A stretch of DNA of 32,000 nucleotides from Halogeometricum borinquense DSM 11551 (GTDB lineage: Archaea > Halobacteriota > Halobacteria > Halobacteriales > Haloferacaceae), in the NCBI RefSeq assembly GCF_000172995.2, contig NC_014729.1:870001-902000 (forward strand), given 5' to 3'. Shown here piece after piece: positions 24,138-32,000 of this stretch. How positions within the stretch are numbered: position 1 is the first letter of the stretch; every line of letters starts with the position of its first letter. The notes beneath the pieces were generated by a model. That model saw nothing but the letters and a program-made list of their open reading frames with translations. It did no database searches and was not told the DNA's origin. A program made the position numbers and the translations under genes.

Positions 24138-24938
24138 ATGGAAATACCGAATCTCGGCTTCGGAACGTATCAGATGGACGACCGCAACGAATGCGTTCGG
24201 GCCATCGAACTGGCGATGGAGACGGGATACGAACACGTCGATACCGCGCAGATGTACGACAACGAGGCGTTCGTCGCGGCGGGCCTCGACGAATCGGGTA
24301 TCGACCGCGATGAGGTGTTCGTAGCCACGAAACTCGACACGGACAACCTCGCGTATGACGACGTAAAGCGGACGGCGAAAGAGAGCGCGGAGAAACTGGG
24401 AACCGACACCATCGACCTGCTGTACGTCCACTGGCCGATAAACACGTACGACCCAGTAGAGACGCTTTCCGCACTGGACGAACTCGTCGAGGAGGGCGTC
24501 ATCGAACGAGTCGGTCTGAGCAACTTCCGCCCAGACCAGTTAGAAGACGCCATCGAGCATCTCGATGAGCCGCTCTACGCCCATCAGGTCGAGATGCACC
24601 CGATGCTCCCGCAGGAAGAACTGCACGAACTCGCCGTCGAACACGACCACCAACTCGTCGCCTACTGTCCCATCGCACGCGGACAGGTAGCTGACGTTCC
24701 CGAGATTCAGGCGGTCGCAGAGAAACACGATGCGACGCCCGCACAGGTGTCGTTGGCGTGGCTGATGGGCAAAGAGAACGTCACAGCTATCCCGAAAGCC
24801 GCCTCGCCTGACCACATCCGCGAGAACTTCGCCGCCCGCGACCTCGAACTGGACGACGCGGACCGCGAGAAGATAGACGGAATCGAGACGCGAGAGCGCA
24901 TCGTTGACTTCGATGAAGCGCCGTGGAACAACGCCTGA
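24138..24938 (+). CDS. Aldo/keto reductase (2,5-diketo-D-gluconate reductase-like)
   Basis: MEIPNLGFGTYQM...GYEHVDTAQMYDNE...FVATKL...LLYVHWP...GLSNF...QVEMHP are AKR signature blocks that include the catalytic D/Y/K/H positions. ATG at 24138. Confidence 0.85.
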   Translation: MEIPNLGFGTYQMDDRNECVRAIELAMETGYEHVDTAQMYDNEAFVAAGLDESGIDRDEVFVATKLDTDNLAYDDVKRTAKESAEKLGTDTIDLLYVHWPINTYDPVETLSALDELVEEGVIERVGLSNFRPDQLEDAIEHLDEPLYAHQVEMHPMLPQEELHELAVEHDHQLVAYCPIARGQVADVPEIQAVAEKHDATPAQVSLAWLMGKENVTAIPKAASPDHIRENFAARDLELDDADREKIDGIETRERIVDFDEAPWNNA

Positions 24939-25081
24939 GCGCCACGCTGTCGTCACGGTAATCGACGTCCCGCTTTCGGCCGTGTCTGATATCCGTTATC
25001 TCCGACAGAAGACGTTCTCAGTTCCCAACACGTCGGATTTCGGTGGCAAGTTTTACGAATAGTCGTGGCAAAATTCCGCGT

Positions 25082-25249
25082 ATGGAAGTGGCAATCGTAA
25101 CGTGTCCACACTGTGGGCAGACGGTGGAGGCAAAAGACCCGACAGGCGGTCGCACCGGGGGCGTCCGCCGACGGTTGAAATCGGAGTATCGGGCGACCCG
25201 AAACACCTGTCCGGAGTGCGGGTCGGAGTACGACATCAGAAACCCGTAG
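25082..25249 (+). CDS. Zinc-ribbon micro-protein (CPxCG ... CPxCG), 55 aa
   Basis: MEVAIVTCPHCGQTVEAKD...RATRNTCPECGSEYDIRNP has two CPxCG knuckles separated by a basic linker. The ATG at 25082 is preferred over the track start at 25043. Confidence 0.55.
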   Translation: MEVAIVTCPHCGQTVEAKDPTGGRTGGVRRRLKSEYRATRNTCPECGSEYDIRNP

Positions 25250-25295
25250 TCGTCAGTGCTAACGGAACGGGTGAGCCGGGTCCATCAGCCCCTTC

Positions 25296-27989
25296 TTATC
25301 CGGTGTTTTTCATTCCCGCCGCGATTCCTTTCACCGTCAATCGAAGCGTCCGTTCTTCGTCTTCGGTCCGGTGCGTCTGCGAGAGCAGATGCGTCTGGAG
25401 GAGGTTCAGCGGATCAACGTAGGGGTTGCGGCGGCGAAGGCTCTCGTCTAACCACTGGCGTTTGAGAAGCGATTCTCGACCGATCACGTCGAGGACGAGG
25501 TCGTGAGCGCGCTCGTACTCCTCGAAGAGACGCGGATAGAACGCCTCGCGCAGGTCGTCGTCCGCGAGAGCCGCGTAGTGTTCTGCGATGCCGAACTCGG
25601 TCCGCGCGAGGGCGAGCGAGGCGTTATCCAGCGTCGTCCGGAAGAACGGCCACTCGTCGTACATCTCTCGGAGGGTGGCTCTGTCGCCACCCTCATCGAG
25701 ATACGTCTGGAGGCCCGTTCCGAGCGCGTACCAACCGGTGATGATACAGCGCGACTGGGTCCACGAGAACACCCACGGGATGGCCCGTAAGTCTTCGACA
25801 GTTCGCTCACCCGACCGCGAGGCGGGTCGAGAGCCGAGGTTGAGGTCTTCGATGACCGTAATCGGCGTCGCCTGCTCGAAGTAGGAGACGAAGCCTTCGG
25901 ATTCGAGGAGGTTACGGTACTCCTGTCGCGCCGCTGCCGCCATCGTGTCCATCGCGTCGATCCACGCCTCGGGAACGTCCTCTTCGGGTTCCTGTATCGC
26001 CTCGTGGCGCGCGCGGACTTGCGCGTTGAGCATCTGTTCGAGGTTGCGCTCGGCGATATGGGGGTTGGCGTACTTCTCCGCGATAGCCTCACCCTGTTCG
26101 GTGAACTTGATCTGGCCGGTCACCGTCTCGTTCGGCAGCGCCAGCATCGCCTCGTTCATCGGGCCGCCGCCCCGGGAGATAGAACCTCCCCGCCCGTGGA
26201 ACAGGCGCATTTTCACGTCGAAGTCGTCGCAGATGGCTGCAAGACGGCGCTGGTTCTTGTAGAGGTCCCAGTTCGCGGCGAGGTAGCCGTTCTCCTTGTT
26301 CGAGTCGGAGTAGCCGAGCATAATCTCTTGGACACCGTTACGGGCAGCAAGAACCTGCTCGTATGCCTCGTTCTCGAACAGCGACCCCATGATGCGGCGC
26401 GCACCGTTCAGCGCTGACTCGGTTTCGAGGAGGGGAACCACGTCGAGACCGCAGTGGTCCGGCAGGGACACGACACCCGCCTGATCTGCGAGGAACAGCA
26501 CTTCGAGGACGTGGCTCGGCTCTTCGGTCATCGAGATACAGTAGGTGTCGATAGCGCCGACGCCGTACTCCCGTTGCCACTCGCCCAGCTTCTCGAACCG
26601 CGTCAGCACGCGGTCTGCCGTATCCGAGAGGTCCTCGCGGTTCGACAGATCCACGAGCGGTTCGTCCTGCAAGATGGCCTCTGTTAGCACCGCAACGCGC
26701 CCGTCTTCGTCGCGGTCGTAGTAGTCAATTCCTTCGCGCGCGAGCGCCTCGTGGACCGCTTCCGTGTGGTTTTCGCGGTGGTCACGCAGGTCGAGGCTGG
26801 CGAGTGTGAAGCCGAACGTGTCTACCTGTCGCATCAGCGGACTCACGTACTCGTCAGCGACGACATCCGCGCCGTTGTCACGGAGACTCTGATCGATGAT
26901 CTCCAGATCTTCGAGGAGTTCGTGGTGGGCTGCGTACCCGTCGGGGCGAACGTCTTCGATGCGGCGGATGCGTTCGCGCATCAGCTTGAGTTTCTGCCGG
27001 TAGGGTTCCTCGGGGTAGCGCTCTTCGGTCTCCTCGGCGACGACTGGGAGACGTTCGCGGTCTGCGATCAGCGACCGCTCGAACTCGGCACCCACGTCGA
27101 TACGCGACCCGTCCTGACTGAGAACGCCCGAGAGGCGTTTGAGGGCGTCGCTGTACTTCTCTAAGACGACGGATCGCTGCCGTGCCAGTGTGTCCTCAGT
27201 CACTTCGGGCGTGACGAACGGGTTGCCGTCACGGTCCGATCCGGCCCACGACCGGAACTCGAACAGTTTCGGTACGTCAACTTCAGGATACTCCTCCGCC
27301 AGAACGTCCTCGAACTCGGAGTACACCTCTCCGACCACGTCGAACAGGATCGATTCGAGGTACCACTGGACGTTTCGCGCCTCGTCCTGCGGTTCGGGGC
27401 GTCGGCCGCGGACCTGCGAGGTCTGCCACAGACTCGTCACCTCGGCGTCAACCTCACGCCACAGTTGCTGCCGTTCGCGGTCGGTGAGGTTGCGTTCGTC
27501 CATCTCCTCGATGCGCGAGGCGATAGAGCGGAGCTTCGCTTTTACCGTCTTCCGCCGGGCTTCGGTCGGGTGGGCGGTGAACGTCGGTTCGATGAGTACG
27601 TCGTCGAGGACGCGCTGAACCGTTTCGGGGTCGGCGCCGCCGCCTGCGAACGACTTGACAGTGGCGACGAGTCCGTCCTCGAGATCACCCGCCTGTGAGG
27701 CCTCGCGGATCGTCCGGACGCGTTCGCGTTCTTCAGCGAGATTAATGAGCTCAAAGTAGGTTGTGAATGCACGAGCGACGACGCTCTCTCCGTCCGGTGA
27801 GAGGCCATCGATAACTTGCAGTAACTCCGTGCGTGAGTCGAGGTCTCCTTTTCGGTAGTCGATGGCGGCCGTCCGGATATCCTCAACCGTCTGGAATGAC
27901 TGCGTAGACGACTGCGATTCCAAGACGTCTCCGAGAAGGGCCCCTAGCTCCCGAACATCTCGTCTGACGTCTCGTGTGTGTAACTCCAT
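25296..27989 (-). CDS. ppc: Phosphoenolpyruvate carboxylase (bacterial/plant-type Ppc)
   Basis: 897 aa with VLTAHPTE-like TFTAHPTEARR, GYSDSNKENGYLAANW, FHGRGGSISRGGGP and the family-typical C-terminus ...GIAAGMKNTG. Confidence 0.95.
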   Translation of the reverse strand: MELHTRDVRRDVRELGALLGDVLESQSSTQSFQTVEDIRTAAIDYRKGDLDSRTELLQVIDGLSPDGESVVARAFTTYFELINLAEERERVRTIREASQAGDLEDGLVATVKSFAGGGADPETVQRVLDDVLIEPTFTAHPTEARRKTVKAKLRSIASRIEEMDERNLTDRERQQLWREVDAEVTSLWQTSQVRGRRPEPQDEARNVQWYLESILFDVVGEVYSEFEDVLAEEYPEVDVPKLFEFRSWAGSDRDGNPFVTPEVTEDTLARQRSVVLEKYSDALKRLSGVLSQDGSRIDVGAEFERSLIADRERLPVVAEETEERYPEEPYRQKLKLMRERIRRIEDVRPDGYAAHHELLEDLEIIDQSLRDNGADVVADEYVSPLMRQVDTFGFTLASLDLRDHRENHTEAVHEALAREGIDYYDRDEDGRVAVLTEAILQDEPLVDLSNREDLSDTADRVLTRFEKLGEWQREYGVGAIDTYCISMTEEPSHVLEVLFLADQAGVVSLPDHCGLDVVPLLETESALNGARRIMGSLFENEAYEQVLAARNGVQEIMLGYSDSNKENGYLAANWDLYKNQRRLAAICDDFDVKMRLFHGRGGSISRGGGPMNEAMLALPNETVTGQIKFTEQGEAIAEKYANPHIAERNLEQMLNAQVRARHEAIQEPEEDVPEAWIDAMDTMAAAARQEYRNLLESEGFVSYFEQATPITVIEDLNLGSRPASRSGERTVEDLRAIPWVFSWTQSRCIITGWYALGTGLQTYLDEGGDRATLREMYDEWPFFRTTLDNASLALARTEFGIAEHYAALADDDLREAFYPRLFEEYERAHDLVLDVIGRESLLKRQWLDESLRRRNPYVDPLNLLQTHLLSQTHRTEDEERTLRLTVKGIAAGMKNTG

Positions 27990-28012
27990 ACCTTACTATA
28001 TACTCGCGGCTG

Positions 28013-28020
28013 TGTAAAAG
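28013..28020 (-). promoter_or_regulatory. TATA box (CTTTTACA on the minus strand) at -31..-24 of the ppc ATG
   Basis: The plus strand reads tgtaaaag at 28013-28020 and the ppc ATG starts at 27989, which fits a leaderless arrangement. Confidence 0.45.
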
Positions 28021-28109
28021 CCACAAGTCGGTTGAAAATTTTGCCCGACACGCATCACCAGCCTCGTTCGCCGGCACTGTTTTGCCCGGAGAAACCGTAT
28101 TCGTAACGT

Positions 28110-28334
28110 ATGATCCTCAGAAAGTTGCTCCTCGTACTGGGCGTCCTCGAACTCCTTCGGCCGAAGCGGGTGGTGGATTTCTGGATGGACCTCGCAACGA
28201 CGGGCGACGTCGAAACCCGCCGATGGGTGTACACGGCCGCACGACTGGAAGGAATCTTCCTCATCCTGTGGGCACTCACCCGTGGCCGGTGCGGCTCAGA
28301 CGGCGAGTCGGCCGACGAGTCAGACGTCGAGTGA
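28110..28334 (+). CDS. Small hydrophobic protein with an acidic tail, hypothetical
   Basis: 74 aa: MILRKLLLVLGVLELL...RLEGIFLILWALT...SDGESADESDVE. It is divergent from ppc. I recognise no family. Confidence 0.4.
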   Translation: MILRKLLLVLGVLELLRPKRVVDFWMDLATTGDVETRRWVYTAARLEGIFLILWALTRGRCGSDGESADESDVE

Positions 28335-28376
28335 GCCAGATTGTAAAACAGACACCGTTTGACTACCGTCCGTGAA

Positions 28377-28395
28377 GCAGTCTCTTTGAGACTGC
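28377..28395 (+). other. Intergenic hairpin (7-bp stem GCAGTCT/AGACTGC, loop CTTTG)
   Basis: Seen directly in the sequence, 43 nt after the stop of the small ORF and 80 nt before the Rieske gene. It could be a terminator or a regulatory hairpin. Confidence 0.35.
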
Positions 28396-28447
28396 CTGAT
28401 TCGACGGACAAACCACATTGCGGCACTCGAACGCGGTTTTCGTCACC

Positions 28448-28455
28448 CTTTTTAC
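28448..28455 (+). promoter_or_regulatory. TATA box (CTTTTTAC) centred about 25 nt upstream of the ATG at 28477
   Basis: ccctttttacc lies at 28446-28456. The spacing is consistent with a leaderless transcript of the Rieske-type gene. Confidence 0.45.
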
Positions 28456-28476
28456 CAGCGGGACGAAGGTTCCTGT

Positions 28477-29313
28477 ATGAGCGACAAGTACCCGGACGAT
28501 TCGGGCCGTCGCCGGTTCGTCAAGGGTGTCGTGGGGGGTGCGACACTCGCTGGCGTCGGCGCAACGGGCGCGACCGCCATCAACTCCGCGACGTCCTCGA
28601 GCGGTGCTGGCGGGGGTTCGACGCAGGCGATGGCAATCGAAAATATCGCGGGTCCCGCACCGCGTGGGATGCCGCAGATCCCGATCGAGATCGACGACGA
28701 AGGATACCTCAAAGGCATTTGGCCCGAGGTCAAGACCATCGAGCAAAATGGTGTCAAGATCAAAGTCGCCGAACTTGAAGACTACAAAGGGTCCGGGGTG
28801 ACCTACACCTCCGAGTGGTTCCAGTACTGCGGTGTCGAGTCCTACGCAGGTATCCAACCCGAATACGAGTCGGACAACTACTTCATCTCGGGATCGAACC
28901 CCGGATACACGTGGCAGTCTGAGGCGTACTCGGAAGGAGACCGCCTCCACGTGGATGATTTCTCGGACTACAAAGACTGGGGCAACGGCGTCGGCAAATC
29001 CGGACTCGGGAAAGGTGCGACTGGTCGATGGCGGTCAGAAGACGCAGAAGACACCATCCCGATTCAGGTCGTCCGCTCGGAGAAGATTGAGGAAGCCGCG
29101 AAGGACGACCCGTGGCTCAAGGCCTCTACGCAGGACGGATTCATGGCGTGGCTGAACAAGTGTACGCACTTCTGCTGTGTGCCCAAGTACAAGACGGACG
29201 GTTCTGCGAAGTTCAACGCAGAAGACGACGTCTACTGTCAGTGCCACCAGTCGGTCTACGACCCCTTCAGCATCGTCCAGACGCTGTTCGTCGCTCGCCC
29301 GCGGCCCCAGTAA
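28477..29313 (+). CDS. Tat-exported Rieske-type [2Fe-2S] protein (variant cluster-binding boxes)
   Basis: Twin-arginine signal DSGRRRFVKGVVGGATLAGVGA. Box I is CTHFCC (29161-29178) and box II is CQCHQS (from 29236), compared with canonical CxHxGC / CxCHGS. Confidence 0.75.
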   Translation: MSDKYPDDSGRRRFVKGVVGGATLAGVGATGATAINSATSSSGAGGGSTQAMAIENIAGPAPRGMPQIPIEIDDEGYLKGIWPEVKTIEQNGVKIKVAELEDYKGSGVTYTSEWFQYCGVESYAGIQPEYESDNYFISGSNPGYTWQSEAYSEGDRLHVDDFSDYKDWGNGVGKSGLGKGATGRWRSEDAEDTIPIQVVRSEKIEEAAKDDPWLKASTQDGFMAWLNKCTHFCCVPKYKTDGSAKFNAEDDVYCQCHQSVYDPFSIVQTLFVARPRPQ

Positions 29314-29397
29314 CGCACTCTCGGCACACCCTCTGACAACCGGTTCTTTTCGACACGTTTCAACCACCTTATACGGTCTGCGGTCAAAGCGCGAGCC

Positions 29398-30972
29398 ATG
29401 TCGCTCTCGACGCCGATTGTCGTTCGACGATCCCGCCTTGATGCGCTCTGTGACGCAGTCGTCACTGTTGCTGACCGTCCCTCCCTCTCTGTCGAGTCAC
29501 CGTTCGACGCGACGACGCTCGGTACCGTGCCAGCATGCAACGCCGACGATGTTCGTGAGGCGTTCGACCGCGCCCGCACGGCACAATCTGAGTGGGCAGA
29601 CCGTCCGCTCGGTGAGCGTCTCGCGGTGTTCGAACGATTTCACGAACGCGTTCTCGACGAACAGTCGTCGCTGTTGGACGTAGTGCAGGCCGAGACGGGC
29701 AAGTCTCGACTTGATGCACACGAAGAAGCCGTAGACGTGGCTTCGACCGCGCGATACTACGCCACCAACGCGCGGTCGTTCCTCGCCAGTCGGCAACGAA
29801 CCGGTGCCGTGCCGTTCGTCACCCGGACGACTGAACACCGCCGCCCCGTCGGCGTCGTCGGCATCATCTCGCCGTGGAACTACCCCCTCACGCTCTCTAT
29901 CTCGGACGCGGTTCCGGCGTTGCTGGCCGGTAACGCCGTTGTCTGCAAGCCTGACGAGGGGACACCGTTCACCGCCCTGCGGATTCGAGAACTCCTGATT
30001 GAGTCTGGCCTCCCGGCCGACCTGTTCGCCGTCGTGACTGGCCGCGGCGACGACATCGGCGAAACCGTGGTCGAAGAATCCGACTACGTCTGCTTCACCG
30101 GTAGCACGGAAGTGGGCCGCACTGTCGCAGCAGCGGCCGGACGGAATTTGATCGACTGTTCGCTCGAACTCGGCGGGAAGAATCCGATGCTCGTCCTCTC
30201 GGACGCCGACGTGGACGCCGCCGCCGAGAACGCCGCACAGGCGTGTTTCTCGAACGCCGGTCAACTCTGTATCTCCATCGAACGCATCTACGTCGATAGC
30301 GACGTGCGCGAGGACTTCCTCGATGCCTTCGTCAGAGAGACACAGCGACTCACGCTTGGCGCGGGGTACGACTTCGACTACGACGTGGGGACGCTCGCGT
30401 CCGAAGCCCAGTTAGAAAAAGTCCAATCGCACGTCGAAGACGCCGTAGAGAAAGGTGCGTCAGTACAGACCGGCGGGCGGCGACGCGACGATGTCGGCCC
30501 GTACGCGTACGAACCAACAGTGCTGACCGGCGTGACCGACGAAATGCTGTGTGCTGATGCGGAGACGTTCGGACCGGTCGCCGCAGTGTATGAGGTGTCG
30601 GGTATCGCTGACGCCGTCGAACGTGCGAACGAGGGACCGTACGGTTTGAACGCGAGCGTCTGGTCGGGTGATACAGCGCGCGCCGAACAGGTCGCCGCAC
30701 GCATCGAAGCGGGCACCGTGAACGTCAACGACGGCTACGCCGCAGCGTGGGGGTCGGTGGACGCACCGATGGGCGGCATCGGTGACTCCGGAATCGGCCG
30801 ACGGCACGGCGAAGTAGGAATGACGCGGTTCACTGAGTCGCAGACAGTAGCAACCCAGCGTGGACGGCCGCTTACCCGCCCATCGGGTGTCCCCCCGCGG
30901 CTTTGGACCTTCCTGCTGAACGCCAACGAACGGCTAGCGAATCGGCTCACTGCTTGGCGACGGAGCGGCTGA
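29398..30972 (+). CDS. NAD(P)+-dependent aldehyde dehydrogenase (succinate-semialdehyde dehydrogenase-like)
   Basis: ISPWNYP, VVCKPDE, FTGSTEVG, the catalytic Glu in LELGGKNP, and the catalytic Cys in FSNAGQLCISIERIYV. Confidence 0.9.
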   Translation: MSLSTPIVVRRSRLDALCDAVVTVADRPSLSVESPFDATTLGTVPACNADDVREAFDRARTAQSEWADRPLGERLAVFERFHERVLDEQSSLLDVVQAETGKSRLDAHEEAVDVASTARYYATNARSFLASRQRTGAVPFVTRTTEHRRPVGVVGIISPWNYPLTLSISDAVPALLAGNAVVCKPDEGTPFTALRIRELLIESGLPADLFAVVTGRGDDIGETVVEESDYVCFTGSTEVGRTVAAAAGRNLIDCSLELGGKNPMLVLSDADVDAAAENAAQACFSNAGQLCISIERIYVDSDVREDFLDAFVRETQRLTLGAGYDFDYDVGTLASEAQLEKVQSHVEDAVEKGASVQTGGRRRDDVGPYAYEPTVLTGVTDEMLCADAETFGPVAAVYEVSGIADAVERANEGPYGLNASVWSGDTARAEQVAARIEAGTVNVNDGYAAAWGSVDAPMGGIGDSGIGRRHGEVGMTRFTESQTVATQRGRPLTRPSGVPPRLWTFLLNANERLANRLTAWRRSG

Positions 30973-30981
30973 ACGCCTTTC

Positions 30982-31290
30982 TCAGCGGCGTTCGATTCGG
31001 TCGGGGTTTGGAGTCGGCACACATCCGCCGCTGACCGGCGGGAAGAGGGCGAGTTCGTCGCCGTCGCTCACTTCCTCCGAGAGCGACGTGTCCGCACCGT
31101 TTCGCAGGAGGTTCACGTGGTCTGCGAGCACGCCGTCGTCGAAGACACGGGTGCGAAGACCGTCGTGGTTGTCCAAGAGTGCGTCCAGTGCGTCTTCGAC
31201 TGTCGCATCGTCGGCGACGGTGACAGCGGTTTCTCTCTCCCCCGCCACTTCTGCGAGATCGGCGAACAAGCGCCACCGTACGGTCGTCAT
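30982..31290 (-). CDS. MoaD/ThiS-fold ubiquitin-like small archaeal modifier protein (SAMP1-like) with 13 codons after the diglycine
   Basis: MTTVRWRLFADLAEVAGERE...VNLLRNGA...GDELALFPPVSGG has the SAMP1/MoaD pattern. The ORF continues as CVPTPNPDRIERR before its stop. The ATG at 31290 is preferred over the track start at 31332. Confidence 0.8.
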   Translation of the reverse strand: MTTVRWRLFADLAEVAGERETAVTVADDATVEDALDALLDNHDGLRTRVFDDGVLADHVNLLRNGADTSLSEEVSDGDELALFPPVSGGCVPTPNPDRIERR

Positions 31291-31357
31291 ACGTCGATGT
31301 TCTCCGCCGCGGCGTGATGAGTATTGCGCCACGAGCGAGGAGTTCGGCTATCGACCC

Positions 31358-32000
31358 TCAGTCGTCGTCCGAAAGGTCGGTCCCCGCTACCTCGCCCCGT
31401 TCATCCATCTCTGCTGACTTGCCTTCGGGTGCCGTCGCCGCCCGCGCGATGCGCCGAATCGTCTCGGGGCGAGCAACGAGGAACAGGATGTCGCCAGCGG
31501 CAAGTTCCCGCGACCGGGATGGGATCGTTTCGACCGCACCGACGGACGGCCGGACGGCGATGACGGTTGCGTCGAGACTTCGCAACGTCTCTCCGACGAG
31601 TTCACTCCCTGTTTCGACGGGCACCGTCTCCATCGTTTCGTCGGCGCTCCGGAGCAGGGAGGTAAACTCGTGTTCTGCGCCGGGGTCCGACGGAAGCGTC
31701 ACGAGGCGGTACGGCTCCTCATAATCGAGTTGTTGGGCGTCGCTCTCGTCTACGATGACTGTTGCGACGTCGTCCGCCGTCGCACGGAGTTCCGCGCCGA
31801 CGACTCGTTCGGGCGTCCCGTCCTCGCCCGTTCGCCACAGTTGGACGGCGTCACCCGCAGATGCACCGGCACCGGGATCCGCGTGGACGGCGACGGCGGC
31901 GACACCCGGCGGCATCGTCGGCCCCAACCCGGCGACGCGGCGGCCGAGCGCCAGATACGAGACGTTTCCTGCGTCGTCGAGTTCTGCGTCTACGTGGCCG
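31358..32000 (-). CDS. TrkA-C (RCK_C) domain protein, 5' end outside the window (partial)
   Basis: I translated upstream of the track's TTG start at 31927. The frame stays open to the window edge (...GHVDAELDDAGNVSYLALGRRVAGLGPTMPPGV...). ...VETGSELVGETLRSLDATVIAVRPSVGAVETIPSRSRELAAGDILFLVARPETIRRI is a typical TrkA-C unit, and a second degenerate unit lies upstream. Confidence 0.65.
   Translation of the reverse strand, partial: GHVDAELDDAGNVSYLALGRRVAGLGPTMPPGVAAVAVHADPGAGASAGDAVQLWRTGEDGTPERVVGAELRATADDVATVIVDESDAQQLDYEEPYRLVTLPSDPGAEHEFTSLLRSADETMETVPVETGSELVGETLRSLDATVIAVRPSVGAVETIPSRSRELAAGDILFLVARPETIRRIARAATAPEGKSAEMDERGEVAGTDLSDDD

Noticed and set aside
24001-24474. N-terminal 158 codons of the 624-aa track ORF 22600..24474 (-).
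   Set aside because: This part is Arg/Pro-rich and basic and overlaps the start of the divergent aldo/keto reductase gene. The recognisable Rossmann start MSDDSRFLVYGAYGYTG begins at the ATG at 24000.
1-32000. Mobile element, prophage or genomic-island signatures.
   Set aside because: I recognised no integrase, transposase, tRNA attachment site or terminal inverted repeats. The gene content is dominated by core metabolism with uniform composition. The only compositional dips are short promoter regions and 19236-19523.

Overview
This is a GC-rich window whose real ORFs encode strongly acidic (Asp/Glu-rich) proteins. It carries archaeal hallmarks: transcription factor S, a SAMP1-like ubiquitin-like protein, a beta-RFAP-synthase homolog, and TTTTAA-type TATA boxes 25-30 nt upstream of several ATGs, which implies leaderless mRNAs. 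I read it as core chromosome of a haloarchaeon (class Halobacteria); that assignment is inferred from composition and gene content, not from a search.

I support about 33 protein genes.
- Housekeeping: ilvD, moaB, pyrG, guaA subunit B, ppc, tfs, pspA, an aldo/keto reductase, a Zn-ADH-like oxidoreductase and an aldehyde dehydrogenase.
- Less characterised: an eRF1/Vms1-like protein, a DUF1611 plus enolase-superfamily racemase pair, and a KaiC-like pseudo-ATPase module.

I saw no rRNA, tRNA, CRISPR array, transposase or integrase, so this does not look like an accessory island.

The most interesting items are:
1. An ~850-nt gene-free gap (18675-19523). Its GC-rich part (~18778-19235) is packed with nested helices and looks like a large structured RNA or leader that I cannot assign to a family.
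2. A co-directional module at 15303-17672: a KaiC/RAD55-like protein with a destroyed P-loop, an RHH-coiled-coil-zinc-ribbon protein, and an acidic Cys4 protein with a repeated PLSD[IL]ARRV motif. It sits between a beta-RFAP-synthase homolog and tfs.
3. An eRF1-like protein with GGFSQ in place of GGQ.
4. A SAMP1-like gene that reads 13 codons past its diglycine.
5. Coding tandem repeats that give a His/Asp-rich head on MoaB and a (AETAE)n acidic tail on a saccharopine-dehydrogenase-like enzyme.

All product calls come from motif and family recognition by eye. No database search was run.
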